From positions 68,992 through 132,991 of the forward strand of contig CALRAL010000001.1 of the NCBI GenBank assembly GCA_943350875.1: a stretch of 64,000 nucleotides of DNA, written 5' to 3'. The translations under genes were made by a program, and so were the position numbers. This document shows positions 1 through 8,521 of this stretch, piece after piece. The DNA is from Candidatus Nomurabacteria bacterium. GTDB taxonomy: Bacteria > Patescibacteriota > Minisyncoccia > Phycocordibacterales > UBA9973. The notes beneath the pieces are model-generated. The model searched no databases, was not told where the DNA came from, and worked only from the letters and a program-made list of their open reading frames with translations. Each line of letters starts with the position of its first letter. Position 1 is the stretch's first letter.

Positions 1-2266
1 CATTGGAGGTTTGGCGCTTCATGAAGGTAAAATTGCTGAGATGAAAACAGGTGAAGGAAAGACGAATGTTGCTACTTCGCCACTTTATTTAAATGCATTG
101 ACTGGACTCGGTACACACCTTATCACTGTAAATGATTATCTTGCACGTCGTGATGCGGTGCTGATGGGGCAAGTATACAATTTTCTCGGACTTTCTATCG
201 GTGTCATAAATTCGCAAAATGTTTCTTATTTGTACGATCCATCTCATAAAGAAGAAGACAAAGAGAGAGATACAGTGGGAGAATTCAAAATTGTCTACGA
301 TTTTTTGAAACCGTGTAGCAGAAGAGAGGCATATGGCGCGGATATTACTTATGGCACGAATCATGAATATGGTTTTGATTATTTGCGAGATAACTTAGCT
401 AATTCAAAGAATGATCTAGTACAGAGGGGGCATTATTTCGCTATAGTAGATGAAGTGGACTCTATTTTAATAGATGAAGCTCGTACTCCACTTATTATTT
501 CTTCTCAAGCAGGAGATTCTGAGGATTTTTATATTAAATTTTACCAAATTGCTAAACAATTGAAACGAGATGTTGATTATGAAGTAGATGAAAAATTAAA
601 AGCCATAACTCTGACAGATATAGGTATTACCAAAGCTGAAGGTTTACTCGGGGTGGACAATATTTATACGGAAAAAGGCATAAAATACGTGCATCATTTG
701 GAGACCGCGGTGAAAGCTCAGGCTATTTTCGAACGGGACAAGGATTATGTGGTTAAAGAAGGCGAAGTCATAATTGTGGACCCTTTTACAGGGCGACTTC
801 AGCCGGGACGACGTTGGTCTGAAGGAATACATCAGGCCATTGAAGCAAAAGAAGGAGTGAAGATAGAGAAAGAAACCCGCTCTTCTGGATCTATTACTTT
901 TCAGAATTATTTTAGATTTTATAAAAAACTCTCTGGTATGACGGGCACGGCAGAAACCTCTGCAGAAGAATTTTTAAAAGTGTATGGGCTAGATGTGATA
1001 GTGGTCCCTACGAATCGCCCTGTGATCCGTGTTGATCACAATGATCTTATTTTTCAGACAGAAAAAGGTAAATTCCAAGCCATTGCTAAAAAAGTAAAAG
1101 AATTAAATTCTAGAGGTCAACCAGTTTTGATCGGTACTATCTCAATTGAGAAAAATGAATTTCTCTCTATGTATTTAAAGCAAGAAGGTGTACAGCATAT
1201 TATTTTGAATGCTAAAAATCATGAAAAAGAAGGTGAGATAATTGCTCAAGCAGGCAAGAAAGGAGCTGTGACTATCGCTACAAACATGGCAGGGCGTGGA
1301 ATCGATATCAAACTCGGAGGGAATCCTATAGTTGAAGAAGAATATCAAGCGGTGAAAAATGCAGGTGGGCTTTTTGTCCTCGGCACTGAACGTCATGAAG
1401 CTCGCAGAATAGACAATCAGCTCCGAGGGCGTTCTGGCAGACAAGGGGATCCAGGAGCGACACAGTTCTATGTGTCTCTTGAAGATGATTTGATGCGAGT
1501 GTTTGGTTCAGACAAAATGAAGACAATGATGGGCAGATTTGGTATTCCGGAGGATATGCCTATCGAGAACAGGTTTATTGGGAAGTCTCTTGAAAGTGCC
1601 CAAGCAAAGATTGAGGGATTTAACTTTGATGCCCGCAAGCATACTCTTGAGTATGATGATGTGATGAATCATCAGAGAAAAGTCACTTATGAAAGACGTC
1701 AAAAAATGATGTTGGGAGAAAAAGAAGTCATAGAGAATCTTCTAAATGAAATTTCACTTGGCAACGAGGAGTCAGAGAAAATTATTGCAGACAAGAAGGC
1801 AGAATTAGGAGAAAGTGCATTTTATGACACTGTACGTAGGATTGCTCTTTATACCAACGATACTTTGTGGATAGAACACTTGGAAGCTATGGATTATTTG
1901 CGTTCATCGGTAAATTTGCGAGCCTATGGACAACATGAGCCAATTGTGGAATATAAAAAAGAAGGTTTGAAAATGTTTAAAGAAATGGAAGAAGTATTCA
2001 AAGAACAAGTTTTTGCTCTCGTAAAAACTATCAATAAACCAGCCAAGATGGAAGATGAACCAGTTCCGAAAGAGATATTGATAACTAGTCATAATGAACC
2101 TGAAGAATTTAGTGACACTGGGAAAAAAGTGGGTCTGCCTGCGCAGGTAGGTCGTAATGACCCTTGTCCTTGCGGGGCAATTAATCCAGCCACGGGTGAA
2201 GTTTATAAGTATAAAAAATGTGGACTCATAGACGCTCCACAACATAGGAAATCTTTAGTTAACTAA
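1..2266 (+). CDS. secA: Preprotein translocase SecA, 5'-truncated by the window edge. The reading frame is already open at position 2. It has a C-terminal CPCG...C zinc-binding tail.
   Basis: Translation carries SecA motor motifs (ALHEGKIAEMKTGEGKT; TNMAGRGIDIKLGG) and the C-terminal CPCGAIN...KCG SecA zinc finger. Confidence 0.95.
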   Translation, partial: IGGLALHEGKIAEMKTGEGKTNVATSPLYLNALTGLGTHLITVNDYLARRDAVLMGQVYNFLGLSIGVINSQNVSYLYDPSHKEEDKERDTVGEFKIVYDFLKPCSRREAYGADITYGTNHEYGFDYLRDNLANSKNDLVQRGHYFAIVDEVDSILIDEARTPLIISSQAGDSEDFYIKFYQIAKQLKRDVDYEVDEKLKAITLTDIGITKAEGLLGVDNIYTEKGIKYVHHLETAVKAQAIFERDKDYVVKEGEVIIVDPFTGRLQPGRRWSEGIHQAIEAKEGVKIEKETRSSGSITFQNYFRFYKKLSGMTGTAETSAEEFLKVYGLDVIVVPTNRPVIRVDHNDLIFQTEKGKFQAIAKKVKELNSRGQPVLIGTISIEKNEFLSMYLKQEGVQHIILNAKNHEKEGEIIAQAGKKGAVTIATNMAGRGIDIKLGGNPIVEEEYQAVKNAGGLFVLGTERHEARRIDNQLRGRSGRQGDPGATQFYVSLEDDLMRVFGSDKMKTMMGRFGIPEDMPIENRFIGKSLESAQAKIEGFNFDARKHTLEYDDVMNHQRKVTYERRQKMMLGEKEVIENLLNEISLGNEESEKIIADKKAELGESAFYDTVRRIALYTNDTLWIEHLEAMDYLRSSVNLRAYGQHEPIVEYKKEGLKMFKEMEEVFKEQVFALVKTINKPAKMEDEPVPKEILITSHNEPEEFSDTGKKVGLPAQVGRNDPCPCGAINPATGEVYKYKKCGLIDAPQHRKSLVN

Positions 2267-2267
2267 T

Positions 2268-2510
2268 ATGAAAAAATTAGAAATTGGAGCAGTATATAAG
2301 CATTATAAAGGGACAAAGGTAAAGGTTTTAGGTCAGGCACTTCATAGTGAGACTTCAGAACCGATGGTTATTTATGTTCATTTAGAAGATGGAGTCCTTT
2401 GGGCTAGGCCAACAAAGATTTTCTTGGAAGATGTCGTGCTTAATGGCAAGAAAATAGAAAGATTTAAAAAAATCAAGCAAAAGATTTTAATAAAGCCGAA
2501 GAAAAACTAA
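2268..2510 (+). CDS. DUF1653-like small protein
   Basis: 80 aa with YKHYKG...HSETSEPMVIYV...WARP, as I remember for DUF1653; assignment from memory. Confidence 0.5.
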   Translation: MKKLEIGAVYKHYKGTKVKVLGQALHSETSEPMVIYVHLEDGVLWARPTKIFLEDVVLNGKKIERFKKIKQKILIKPKKN

Positions 2511-2511
2511 T

Positions 2512-2897
2512 ATGGAAAATAACTTAAAAACAAAAACTAGAATTGCTGGGATAATTATTCAAAATAGGAAACTTTTACTTTTAAAGGGTAAAGGATATGA
2601 AGAACTTTGGACTCCAGGAGGAAAATTAGAGGATGGTGAAAGTGATGAAAAATGTTTAGAGAGAGTTTCATGAGGAAATCGGGGTTCAATTAGTTGAGTC
2701 AAAGTTTTTATCATCCAGAAAAAGAAATGATTGAACGAGTATATATTTGTAAAATAGAAGGAGAATTAAAACCAGCCATGGAGATTGAAAGTGTTATCTG
2801 GTTTACAAAAGAAGATTTTAAAAATCACACATTTCCAATGATTACTCATACAGAAAAAGAACTCATTCCAGATTTAATAAAAGAGGGAATTTGGTAA
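2512..2897 (+). pseudogene. NUDIX hydrolase split over three reading frames (two frameshifts)
   Basis: Frame 1 (ATG 2512) reads MENNLKTKTRIAGIIIQNRKLLLLKGKGYEELWTPGGKLEDGESDEKCLERVS* and stops at 2671-2673. The rest of the Nudix box (REFHEEIGVQLVESKF) continues in the +1 frame across a GAGAGAG tract at 2659-2665. The C-terminal part (2694-2897) is in the third frame after an A-run at ~2722-2731. Confidence 0.55.
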
Positions 2898-2940
2898 GTA
2901 TCTCTTATTGATTATTAATTAACTGATTTGTACTATAAAA

Positions 2941-2972
2941 CTATGCGGTCGTCTTGTTTTATAGTATAATAG
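2941..2972 (+). promoter_or_regulatory. Promoter-like element with conserved TGCGnTCGTCTT box and TAGTATAAT -10
   Basis: ctatgcggtcgtcttgttttatagtataatag immediately upstream of the 2977 start; a near copy lies at 3563-3594. Confidence 0.45.
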
Positions 2973-2976
2973 AATT

Positions 2977-3522
2977 ATGCATTCTAAAATAGATTTTAAA
3001 AAAATTATTTTAATGACACTAGCAACGGCTGGAATTTTAGCTATTGCAGTTCTTGCTCCGAATGTGCTTCAGGTGTTAAAACCATTCTTAAAAAATAAGA
3101 AAAAATACAACCTTAAATATTATTTGAGTCAAAAAACACAAAAACTTATAAAAGAAGGTTTAATTAAAATAGATATAGAAAACGGTAAGCAATATATTTC
3201 ATTAACCAAGATGGGTGAGAGAAAATTACTATATTACCAAATCACAGAAAAAAAGAAAAACGTGCAATGGGATGGTAAATGGAGAGCAGTTGTTTTCGAT
3301 GTGTGGGAAAATACAAGAAACAAAAGAAATACTTTACGGAACGAAATAAAAAATTTTGGTTTTATTCAACTCCAACGTAGTGTCTGGATTTATCCTTATG
3401 AATGTGCAAGTTTTATTGAGCTTCTTAAAATTGATCTGTCTTTCGGGAAAAACATAAGATATATGATAGTAGAAAAATTGGATTACGATGAAAATTTGAG
3501 AAAGTTTTTTAAACTAAAGTAG
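2977..3522 (+). CDS. PaaX-like winged-helix transcriptional regulator (paralog of 55334-55870)
   Basis: Shares WDGxWRxVxxDxxExxRxxRxxLRxxLKxxGFxxLQxSVWIxPY with the other copy; this resembles the PaaX C-terminal domain. Confidence 0.55.
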   Translation: MHSKIDFKKIILMTLATAGILAIAVLAPNVLQVLKPFLKNKKKYNLKYYLSQKTQKLIKEGLIKIDIENGKQYISLTKMGERKLLYYQITEKKKNVQWDGKWRAVVFDVWENTRNKRNTLRNEIKNFGFIQLQRSVWIYPYECASFIELLKIDLSFGKNIRYMIVEKLDYDENLRKFFKLK

Positions 3523-3562
3523 TTTATAAAATATAAAGCATATTACATGTGCTATAAAGTAA

Positions 3563-3594
3563 TGCGTTCGTCTTATTTTGTAGTATGTGTGGTT
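3563..3594 (+). promoter_or_regulatory. Second copy of the TGCGnTCGTCTT-TTTGTAGTAT promoter/operator motif
   Basis: aatgcgttcgtcttattttgtagtatgtgtgg, upstream of the 3625 CDS. Confidence 0.4.
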
Positions 3595-3624
3595 TTGTGG
3601 TAATATATAGAGTATAAAAATGAT

Positions 3625-4149
3625 ATGGAAAATGGGGATAAAAAAATTATTCTTTTTGTATGTAAGGGCAATATTCATCGTTCTGCTATAGCAGAACAAG
3701 TTTTCAAAAAAATTTTAAAGGAGAATCAATTGGATGACAAAATCGAAGTTATTTCGAGGGGCATTCAAGGTTCTGTTTATTCAAAACCAACATTATTTAA
3801 AAATATTACACAATACGATAAAGTATGGGAAACGGTAGAACCGTCATTGAAGGAATTTAATATTGATATTACTAAACATAAAGCGAAATCTATTACTAAA
3901 GAAATTGCAGATAAAGCTAGTATTATTATTACTTTTGATAAAGTGATTTTTTCAGATCATGAAGATGCACTTATTAGGCAATTTTCACACTTACAATCTA
4001 AAATACATTTTTTGTCAGAATTTGAAGGGTCAAAAGAAGAAATTTCAGACTGTGAAGGAATGAATTTGGAGCAACACAGAAAAATTACAAAAAAGATTTT
4101 TGATATTTTAAATCAACACTGGGAAAAAATAGTTGAATATGTTACTTAA
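3625..4149 (+). CDS. Low-molecular-weight protein tyrosine phosphatase / ArsC-like (LMWPc)
   Basis: N-terminal CX5R P-loop: ILFVCKGNIHRSAIAE. Confidence 0.75.
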   Translation: MENGDKKIILFVCKGNIHRSAIAEQVFKKILKENQLDDKIEVISRGIQGSVYSKPTLFKNITQYDKVWETVEPSLKEFNIDITKHKAKSITKEIADKASIIITFDKVIFSDHEDALIRQFSHLQSKIHFLSEFEGSKEEISDCEGMNLEQHRKITKKIFDILNQHWEKIVEYVT

Positions 4150-4158
4150 AAAACTTTT

Positions 4159-5445
4159 ATGAAACTAAAAGAAATAATTAAAAAATTAAAGATAAAGAGG
4201 AGAATGATTGCGAGATTGGCAGCGATGCATTTTTATGGCAATCCTTCTTTAAAATTAAAGATTGTTGGCGTGACGGGGACAAATGGTAAAACTACAACTG
4301 CTACACTTTTGTACAAGATAGCCACAGCTTTGGGCTATAGGGCAGGGCTTATTGGCACTGTTGAGAATATAATTGCGGGAGAAAAGATATTGTCAGATGA
4401 CAATGCTCCGCAGACCACTCCCGACCCAATTTTCTTAAATAAATTACTTTCAAAGATGGTTGAGAAAGGATGTGAATATGTCTTTATGGAAGTCTCAAGT
4501 CATGCTATGGATCAAAACAGGGTGGCAGGGATAAACTTTACTGGAGGGATTTTTACAAATCTAACTCATGATCATTTGGATTATCATAAAAGTCTAGAGA
4601 ATTACTTTTTAGCAAAAAAGAAATTCTTCCAGATGTTGCCAAGTAGTGCTTTTGCTTTATCAAATGTTGATGATGAACATGGAGAGATGATGTTAGAAGG
4701 AATAAAGGCAAAGAAATTCCTTTATGGATTTAAGAAGGATGCTGATTTTAAGGGGGAAATTTTGAAACTTGATTTTAATGGGTTGGAAATGAATTTTAAT
4801 GGGGAAGTAATAAAAACTAAACTATTGGGTAAATTTAATGCCTATAATTTACTTTCAGTCTGGAGTGCTTGTAAACTACTTGGTTTTGATATGCCTGCCC
4901 GCAATGCTTTCAGTATAGCTGATGCAGGTGGGGAAAAAGTAAATAAAATTTTAGAAAATATAGAACCTCCAAGAGGCCGCTTCGACCATTTTCTTTCAAA
5001 AAGTGGAGTATTGGTAATTGTGGATTATGCTCACACTCCAGATGCGTTAGAGAAAATACTTTTGACTATAAAAGATATAAAAACAGAAAATGGATTATTG
5101 ATTTCTCTATTTGGTTGCGGAGGGGACAGAGATCCATTAAAAAGGAGGATTATGGGTAAAATTGGAGCAAATTTATCAGATATCGCTATTTTTACATCTG
5201 ACAATCCTCGTAGCGAGAACCCAGAGGACATCATTGCCGAGATGAAAACTGATTTATCTATGAATGATTCTAGAAAAGTTAAAATAATTGTGGATAGGCA
5301 TGAAGCTATAAAAGAGGCAGTAAAGGTAGCAAAACCTGGAGATATTATATTATGTGCTGGCAAAGGTCATGAGACCTATCAAGAGATAAAAGGCGCGAAG
5401 TATCATTTTAACGATATGGAAGAATTTAAGAAAGCGTATAATTAA
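4159..5445 (+). CDS. murE: UDP-MurNAc-tripeptide synthetase MurE (compact). It carries an in-frame palindromic insert.
   Basis: GVTGTNGKTTT Mur ligase P-loop, DYAHTPDAL and DNPRSENP (MurE signature). Confidence 0.85.
   Translation: MKLKEIIKKLKIKRRMIARLAAMHFYGNPSLKLKIVGVTGTNGKTTTATLLYKIATALGYRAGLIGTVENIIAGEKILSDDNAPQTTPDPIFLNKLLSKMVEKGCEYVFMEVSSHAMDQNRVAGINFTGGIFTNLTHDHLDYHKSLENYFLAKKKFFQMLPSSAFALSNVDDEHGEMMLEGIKAKKFLYGFKKDADFKGEILKLDFNGLEMNFNGEVIKTKLLGKFNAYNLLSVWSACKLLGFDMPARNAFSIADAGGEKVNKILENIEPPRGRFDHFLSKSGVLVIVDYAHTPDALEKILLTIKDIKTENGLLISLFGCGGDRDPLKRRIMGKIGANLSDIAIFTSDNPRSENPEDIIAEMKTDLSMNDSRKVKIIVDRHEAIKEAVKVAKPGDIILCAGKGHETYQEIKGAKYHFNDMEEFKKAYN
4894..4934 (+). repeat. GC-rich imperfect-palindrome element, family A, in frame inside murE. 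It encodes PARNAFSIADAGGE.
   Basis: cctgcccgcaatgctttcagtatagctgatgcaggtgggg; near-identical copies at 8477, 52615 and 63471. Confidence 0.8.
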
Positions 5446-5448
5446 ACT

Positions 5449-7122
5449 ATGCAAACAGAAACCAGGCAATGCAAAAAATGCAATCGAAGTTTTGTTCTAG
5501 AGCAAGACGATTTTTCTTTTTACGAAAAGATGAAAGTTCCTGTACCGAATATCTGCCCAGACTGTCGTTTTAAAATGAGGGCCATTTTTAGAAATGAACG
5601 TACTTTATATAATAGGACCTGTAATTTATGCAATCGCTCTATTATTACAATGTATAATCCGAATTCTCCTTACACTGTCTATTGTAATGACTGTTGGATT
5701 TCTGATAAATGGGATCCATATTCTTACGCTATGGATTATGATTCATCTAAATCTTTTTTTGAACAATTAAAAGAACTTATTATAAAAGTTCCAAAATCTG
5801 CCACTTATAGTAGTATTTCTGTTGGGGTGAATATCAACAGTGAATATGCTAATTTTGCAGGAGGTAATAAAGATGGGTATTTGATTTTTAATTGTGGACC
5901 AAATAATGAAAACATAGCTTATTCCCGCGGTGTAATAAAAAGTCGAGATGTTTTTGATGTTTATTATGCAGATGAAATAGAAAATACTTATGAAGGAGTT
6001 AGTGTTCATAAAAGTAATGGAATAGCTTGGGGTCAAAATGTATCCGATTGTATAGATTCACGTTTTATTTTGAATTGTTCAGGATGTCAGAATTGTTTTG
6101 GTTGTGTAAACTTAAGGCATAAATCTTATCATTTTTTTAATGAACCTCTTGAAAGAAATGAATGGTTAAAACGTGTATCAGAAATTTCTGGTAGTTTTAA
6201 AAAGACAGAAGAAATGAAAAAAAAGTTTACAGAATTCTCTCTTAAATTTCCATATCGAAGTAGTAATAACCTAAAAGTCACTAATTGTGAGGGAGATTAT
6301 ATTTTTGAATCAAAGAATTGTTATAAATGTTTTGAACTTTCTTTTTGTGAAGACATACGACATTCTTTTTCAGTAAAACGTGGTAAAGATTGTACTGATA
6401 TGATAGGTCATTGTCGCAGTTCAGAACTTCTATATAATGGAGTTGGAGTTGGGGCTGGCTCAAGGAATGTTATATGTTCATGGTGGGTTGAAAGTTCCCA
6501 AGATGTTCAATATTCATTTGCCACTCGTCAAAGTAATGATTGTGTAGGATGTGATGGTATAAAAAATGGTTCTTTTGTAATTCTAAATAAAAAATATACC
6601 AAAGAAGAATATCAAAAAATAAAAAATAATATTACAAAGGAGTTAAAAGATAAAAATATCTACGGTGATTTTTTCCCTACTGAACTTTCTTTCTTTGCTT
6701 ACAATGAAACAATTGGGCAAGATAATATGCCTATGACTAAAGAAGAAACAATCAAACAAGGTTTTCGTTGGGAAGATAATATTCAAAAAACAAAAAGAAA
6801 AGAAACCTTAAAGCCAGAGGAAATTCCAGATAATATAAGAGATGTATCAGATAATATTTTAAATGAAGTATTAGTTTGCATTAAATGTTCTAGAAATTAT
6901 CGGTTAATTAAACGCGAACTTGAATTTTACAAAAAAATGCTTATTCCTATCCCTAGAGAATGTTGGAATTGCCGTTTTACAAATCGCATAATTCGACGCG
7001 GGTCTTATAAATTCTTTGATCGTAAATGTTCAAATTGTAATAAGGATATACATACTAATTTGACGGAAAAGGTGGCACCAATAGTATATTGCGAGAAATG
7101 TTATCAGCAGGAAGTGATATAA
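5449..7122 (+). CDS. Large Cys-rich protein with tandem zinc-ribbon pairs at both termini (paralog 1 of 3)
   Basis: N-terminus CKKC...FYEKMKVPVPNICPDCR...LYNRTCNLC...VYCNDCW. C-terminus CIKC...FYKKMLIPIPRECWNCR...CSNC...IVYCEKCYQQEV. Central Cys-rich pseudo-repeats (NCSGCQNCFGCVNL...). Paralogs at 53207 and 59745. Confidence 0.8.
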   Translation: MQTETRQCKKCNRSFVLEQDDFSFYEKMKVPVPNICPDCRFKMRAIFRNERTLYNRTCNLCNRSIITMYNPNSPYTVYCNDCWISDKWDPYSYAMDYDSSKSFFEQLKELIIKVPKSATYSSISVGVNINSEYANFAGGNKDGYLIFNCGPNNENIAYSRGVIKSRDVFDVYYADEIENTYEGVSVHKSNGIAWGQNVSDCIDSRFILNCSGCQNCFGCVNLRHKSYHFFNEPLERNEWLKRVSEISGSFKKTEEMKKKFTEFSLKFPYRSSNNLKVTNCEGDYIFESKNCYKCFELSFCEDIRHSFSVKRGKDCTDMIGHCRSSELLYNGVGVGAGSRNVICSWWVESSQDVQYSFATRQSNDCVGCDGIKNGSFVILNKKYTKEEYQKIKNNITKELKDKNIYGDFFPTELSFFAYNETIGQDNMPMTKEETIKQGFRWEDNIQKTKRKETLKPEEIPDNIRDVSDNILNEVLVCIKCSRNYRLIKRELEFYKKMLIPIPRECWNCRFTNRIIRRGSYKFFDRKCSNCNKDIHTNLTEKVAPIVYCEKCYQQEVI

Positions 7123-7123
7123 A

Positions 7124-8521
7124 ATGAAAAATTATAAAGAATTTTTTAAGAGTAAAAAGATAACAGTTATGGGGCTAGGGATTTTAGGACGGGGGCTTGG
7201 ATATACGAGATTCTTAGCAGAATGCGGGGCTGATTTAATTGTGACGGATTTAAAAACAAAAGAACAACTCAAAACTTCAGTACAAGTATTAAAAAAATAT
7301 AAAAATATTAAATTTGTACTTGGGGAGCATCGATTAGAGGATTTTAGAGGTAGAGATATGATTATCAAATCCGCAGGGGTACCTCTTGATTCTATTTATA
7401 TCGCTGAAGCTAAAAAAAATCGAATTCCGATTAAGATGGATGTTTCTTTGTTTGTAAAATGTGCACCGAAAGTGATGTTGATAGGAGCAACAGGCACAAG
7501 GGGGAAATCAATGACAACTGCACTTATTTACGAAATTCTCAAAAAGAATGAGAAATTCTTAAAAAGAAAAATCTATATTGGAGGCAATGTTAGAGGCATA
7601 GCTACTTTGCCCTTATTAAAAAAGGTAAAAAAGAATGATATTTTGGTTTGTGAATTAGATTCTTGGCAATTACAAGGGTTTGGCGATGCGAAAATTTCTC
7701 CGCACATTTCTGTATTTACCAGTTTTATGCCGGATCATATGAATTATTATAAAGGTAGTATGAAAGATTATTTCAACGATAAAGCTAATATTTTCAAATA
7801 CCAAAATGAAAATGATTTTTTAATTGTTCGTCCAGATGTTCAGAAATTAATTCCTAAAAATATAAAGTCAAAGTTAATCGTAGTAAGCAAAAAAGAAGTT
7901 GAAAACTGGAATTTCATAGTACCCGGAGAGCATCAGAAGGAGAATCTGGCTTGTACAGTGGAAATGGCTAAAATCCTTGGTATTCCAATGCAATCTATCA
8001 AAAAAGCGATGGAGAAATTCAAAGGTTTAGAAGGGCGCTTACAACTTTTAAAAATATACAAGGGTATAAAGATTTATAATGACAACAATGCAACTACCCC
8101 AGAAGCAACAGTTGCAGGTATAGAAGCATTAATAACCGCTAGGAAGGACCTAGCGGTAGACCTAGCGGTAAAAAATATTATTTTGATTTGTGGGGGGGCA
8201 GATAAAAATCTTGATTTAGATAATTTTGTAAAAGTTGTGAATAAACGTTGTAAGGCTGTAATAATGATTCCAGGGACAGGGACAGAGAAGCTTATGAGTG
8301 AAAAGTTGAAAGTAGAAAGTTATAAAGTTGAAAGTTTAGAAGAAGCAATTAAAAAATCGTTAGGCCTTGCCTCACGACAGGATACCGTTCTTTTCTCCCC
8401 AGCGTTTGCTTCTTTTGGAATGTTTAATAATGAATATGAAAGGAATGATTTGTTTGTAAAATTAGTGAAGAAATTGCCTGCCCGCAATGCTTACAGCATA
8501 GCTGTTGCAGGCGGGAAATAA
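7124..8521 (+). CDS. murD: UDP-N-acetylmuramoylalanine--D-glutamate ligase MurD
   Basis: N-terminal GLGILGRGLGYTRFLAECGA Rossmann region, GATGTRGKS P-loop, Mur ligase C-domain. The C-terminal tail LPARNAYSIAVAGGK is encoded by a family A repeat. Confidence 0.8.
   Translation: MKNYKEFFKSKKITVMGLGILGRGLGYTRFLAECGADLIVTDLKTKEQLKTSVQVLKKYKNIKFVLGEHRLEDFRGRDMIIKSAGVPLDSIYIAEAKKNRIPIKMDVSLFVKCAPKVMLIGATGTRGKSMTTALIYEILKKNEKFLKRKIYIGGNVRGIATLPLLKKVKKNDILVCELDSWQLQGFGDAKISPHISVFTSFMPDHMNYYKGSMKDYFNDKANIFKYQNENDFLIVRPDVQKLIPKNIKSKLIVVSKKEVENWNFIVPGEHQKENLACTVEMAKILGIPMQSIKKAMEKFKGLEGRLQLLKIYKGIKIYNDNNATTPEATVAGIEALITARKDLAVDLAVKNIILICGGADKNLDLDNFVKVVNKRCKAVIMIPGTGTEKLMSEKLKVESYKVESLEEAIKKSLGLASRQDTVLFSPAFASFGMFNNEYERNDLFVKLVKKLPARNAYSIAVAGGK
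8477..8516 (+). repeat. Family A GC-rich palindromic element forming the C-terminal tail of murD
   Basis: cctgcccgcaatgcttacagcatagctgttgcaggcggga. Confidence 0.8.

Noticed and set aside
89-2245. Multiple antisense or shadow ORFs inside secA; the same applies inside gyrA, clpB, infB, murE and dnaK
   Set aside because: They lie entirely within strongly supported conserved CDSs on the other strand or frame. Their composition is low-complexity with no recognisable motifs.
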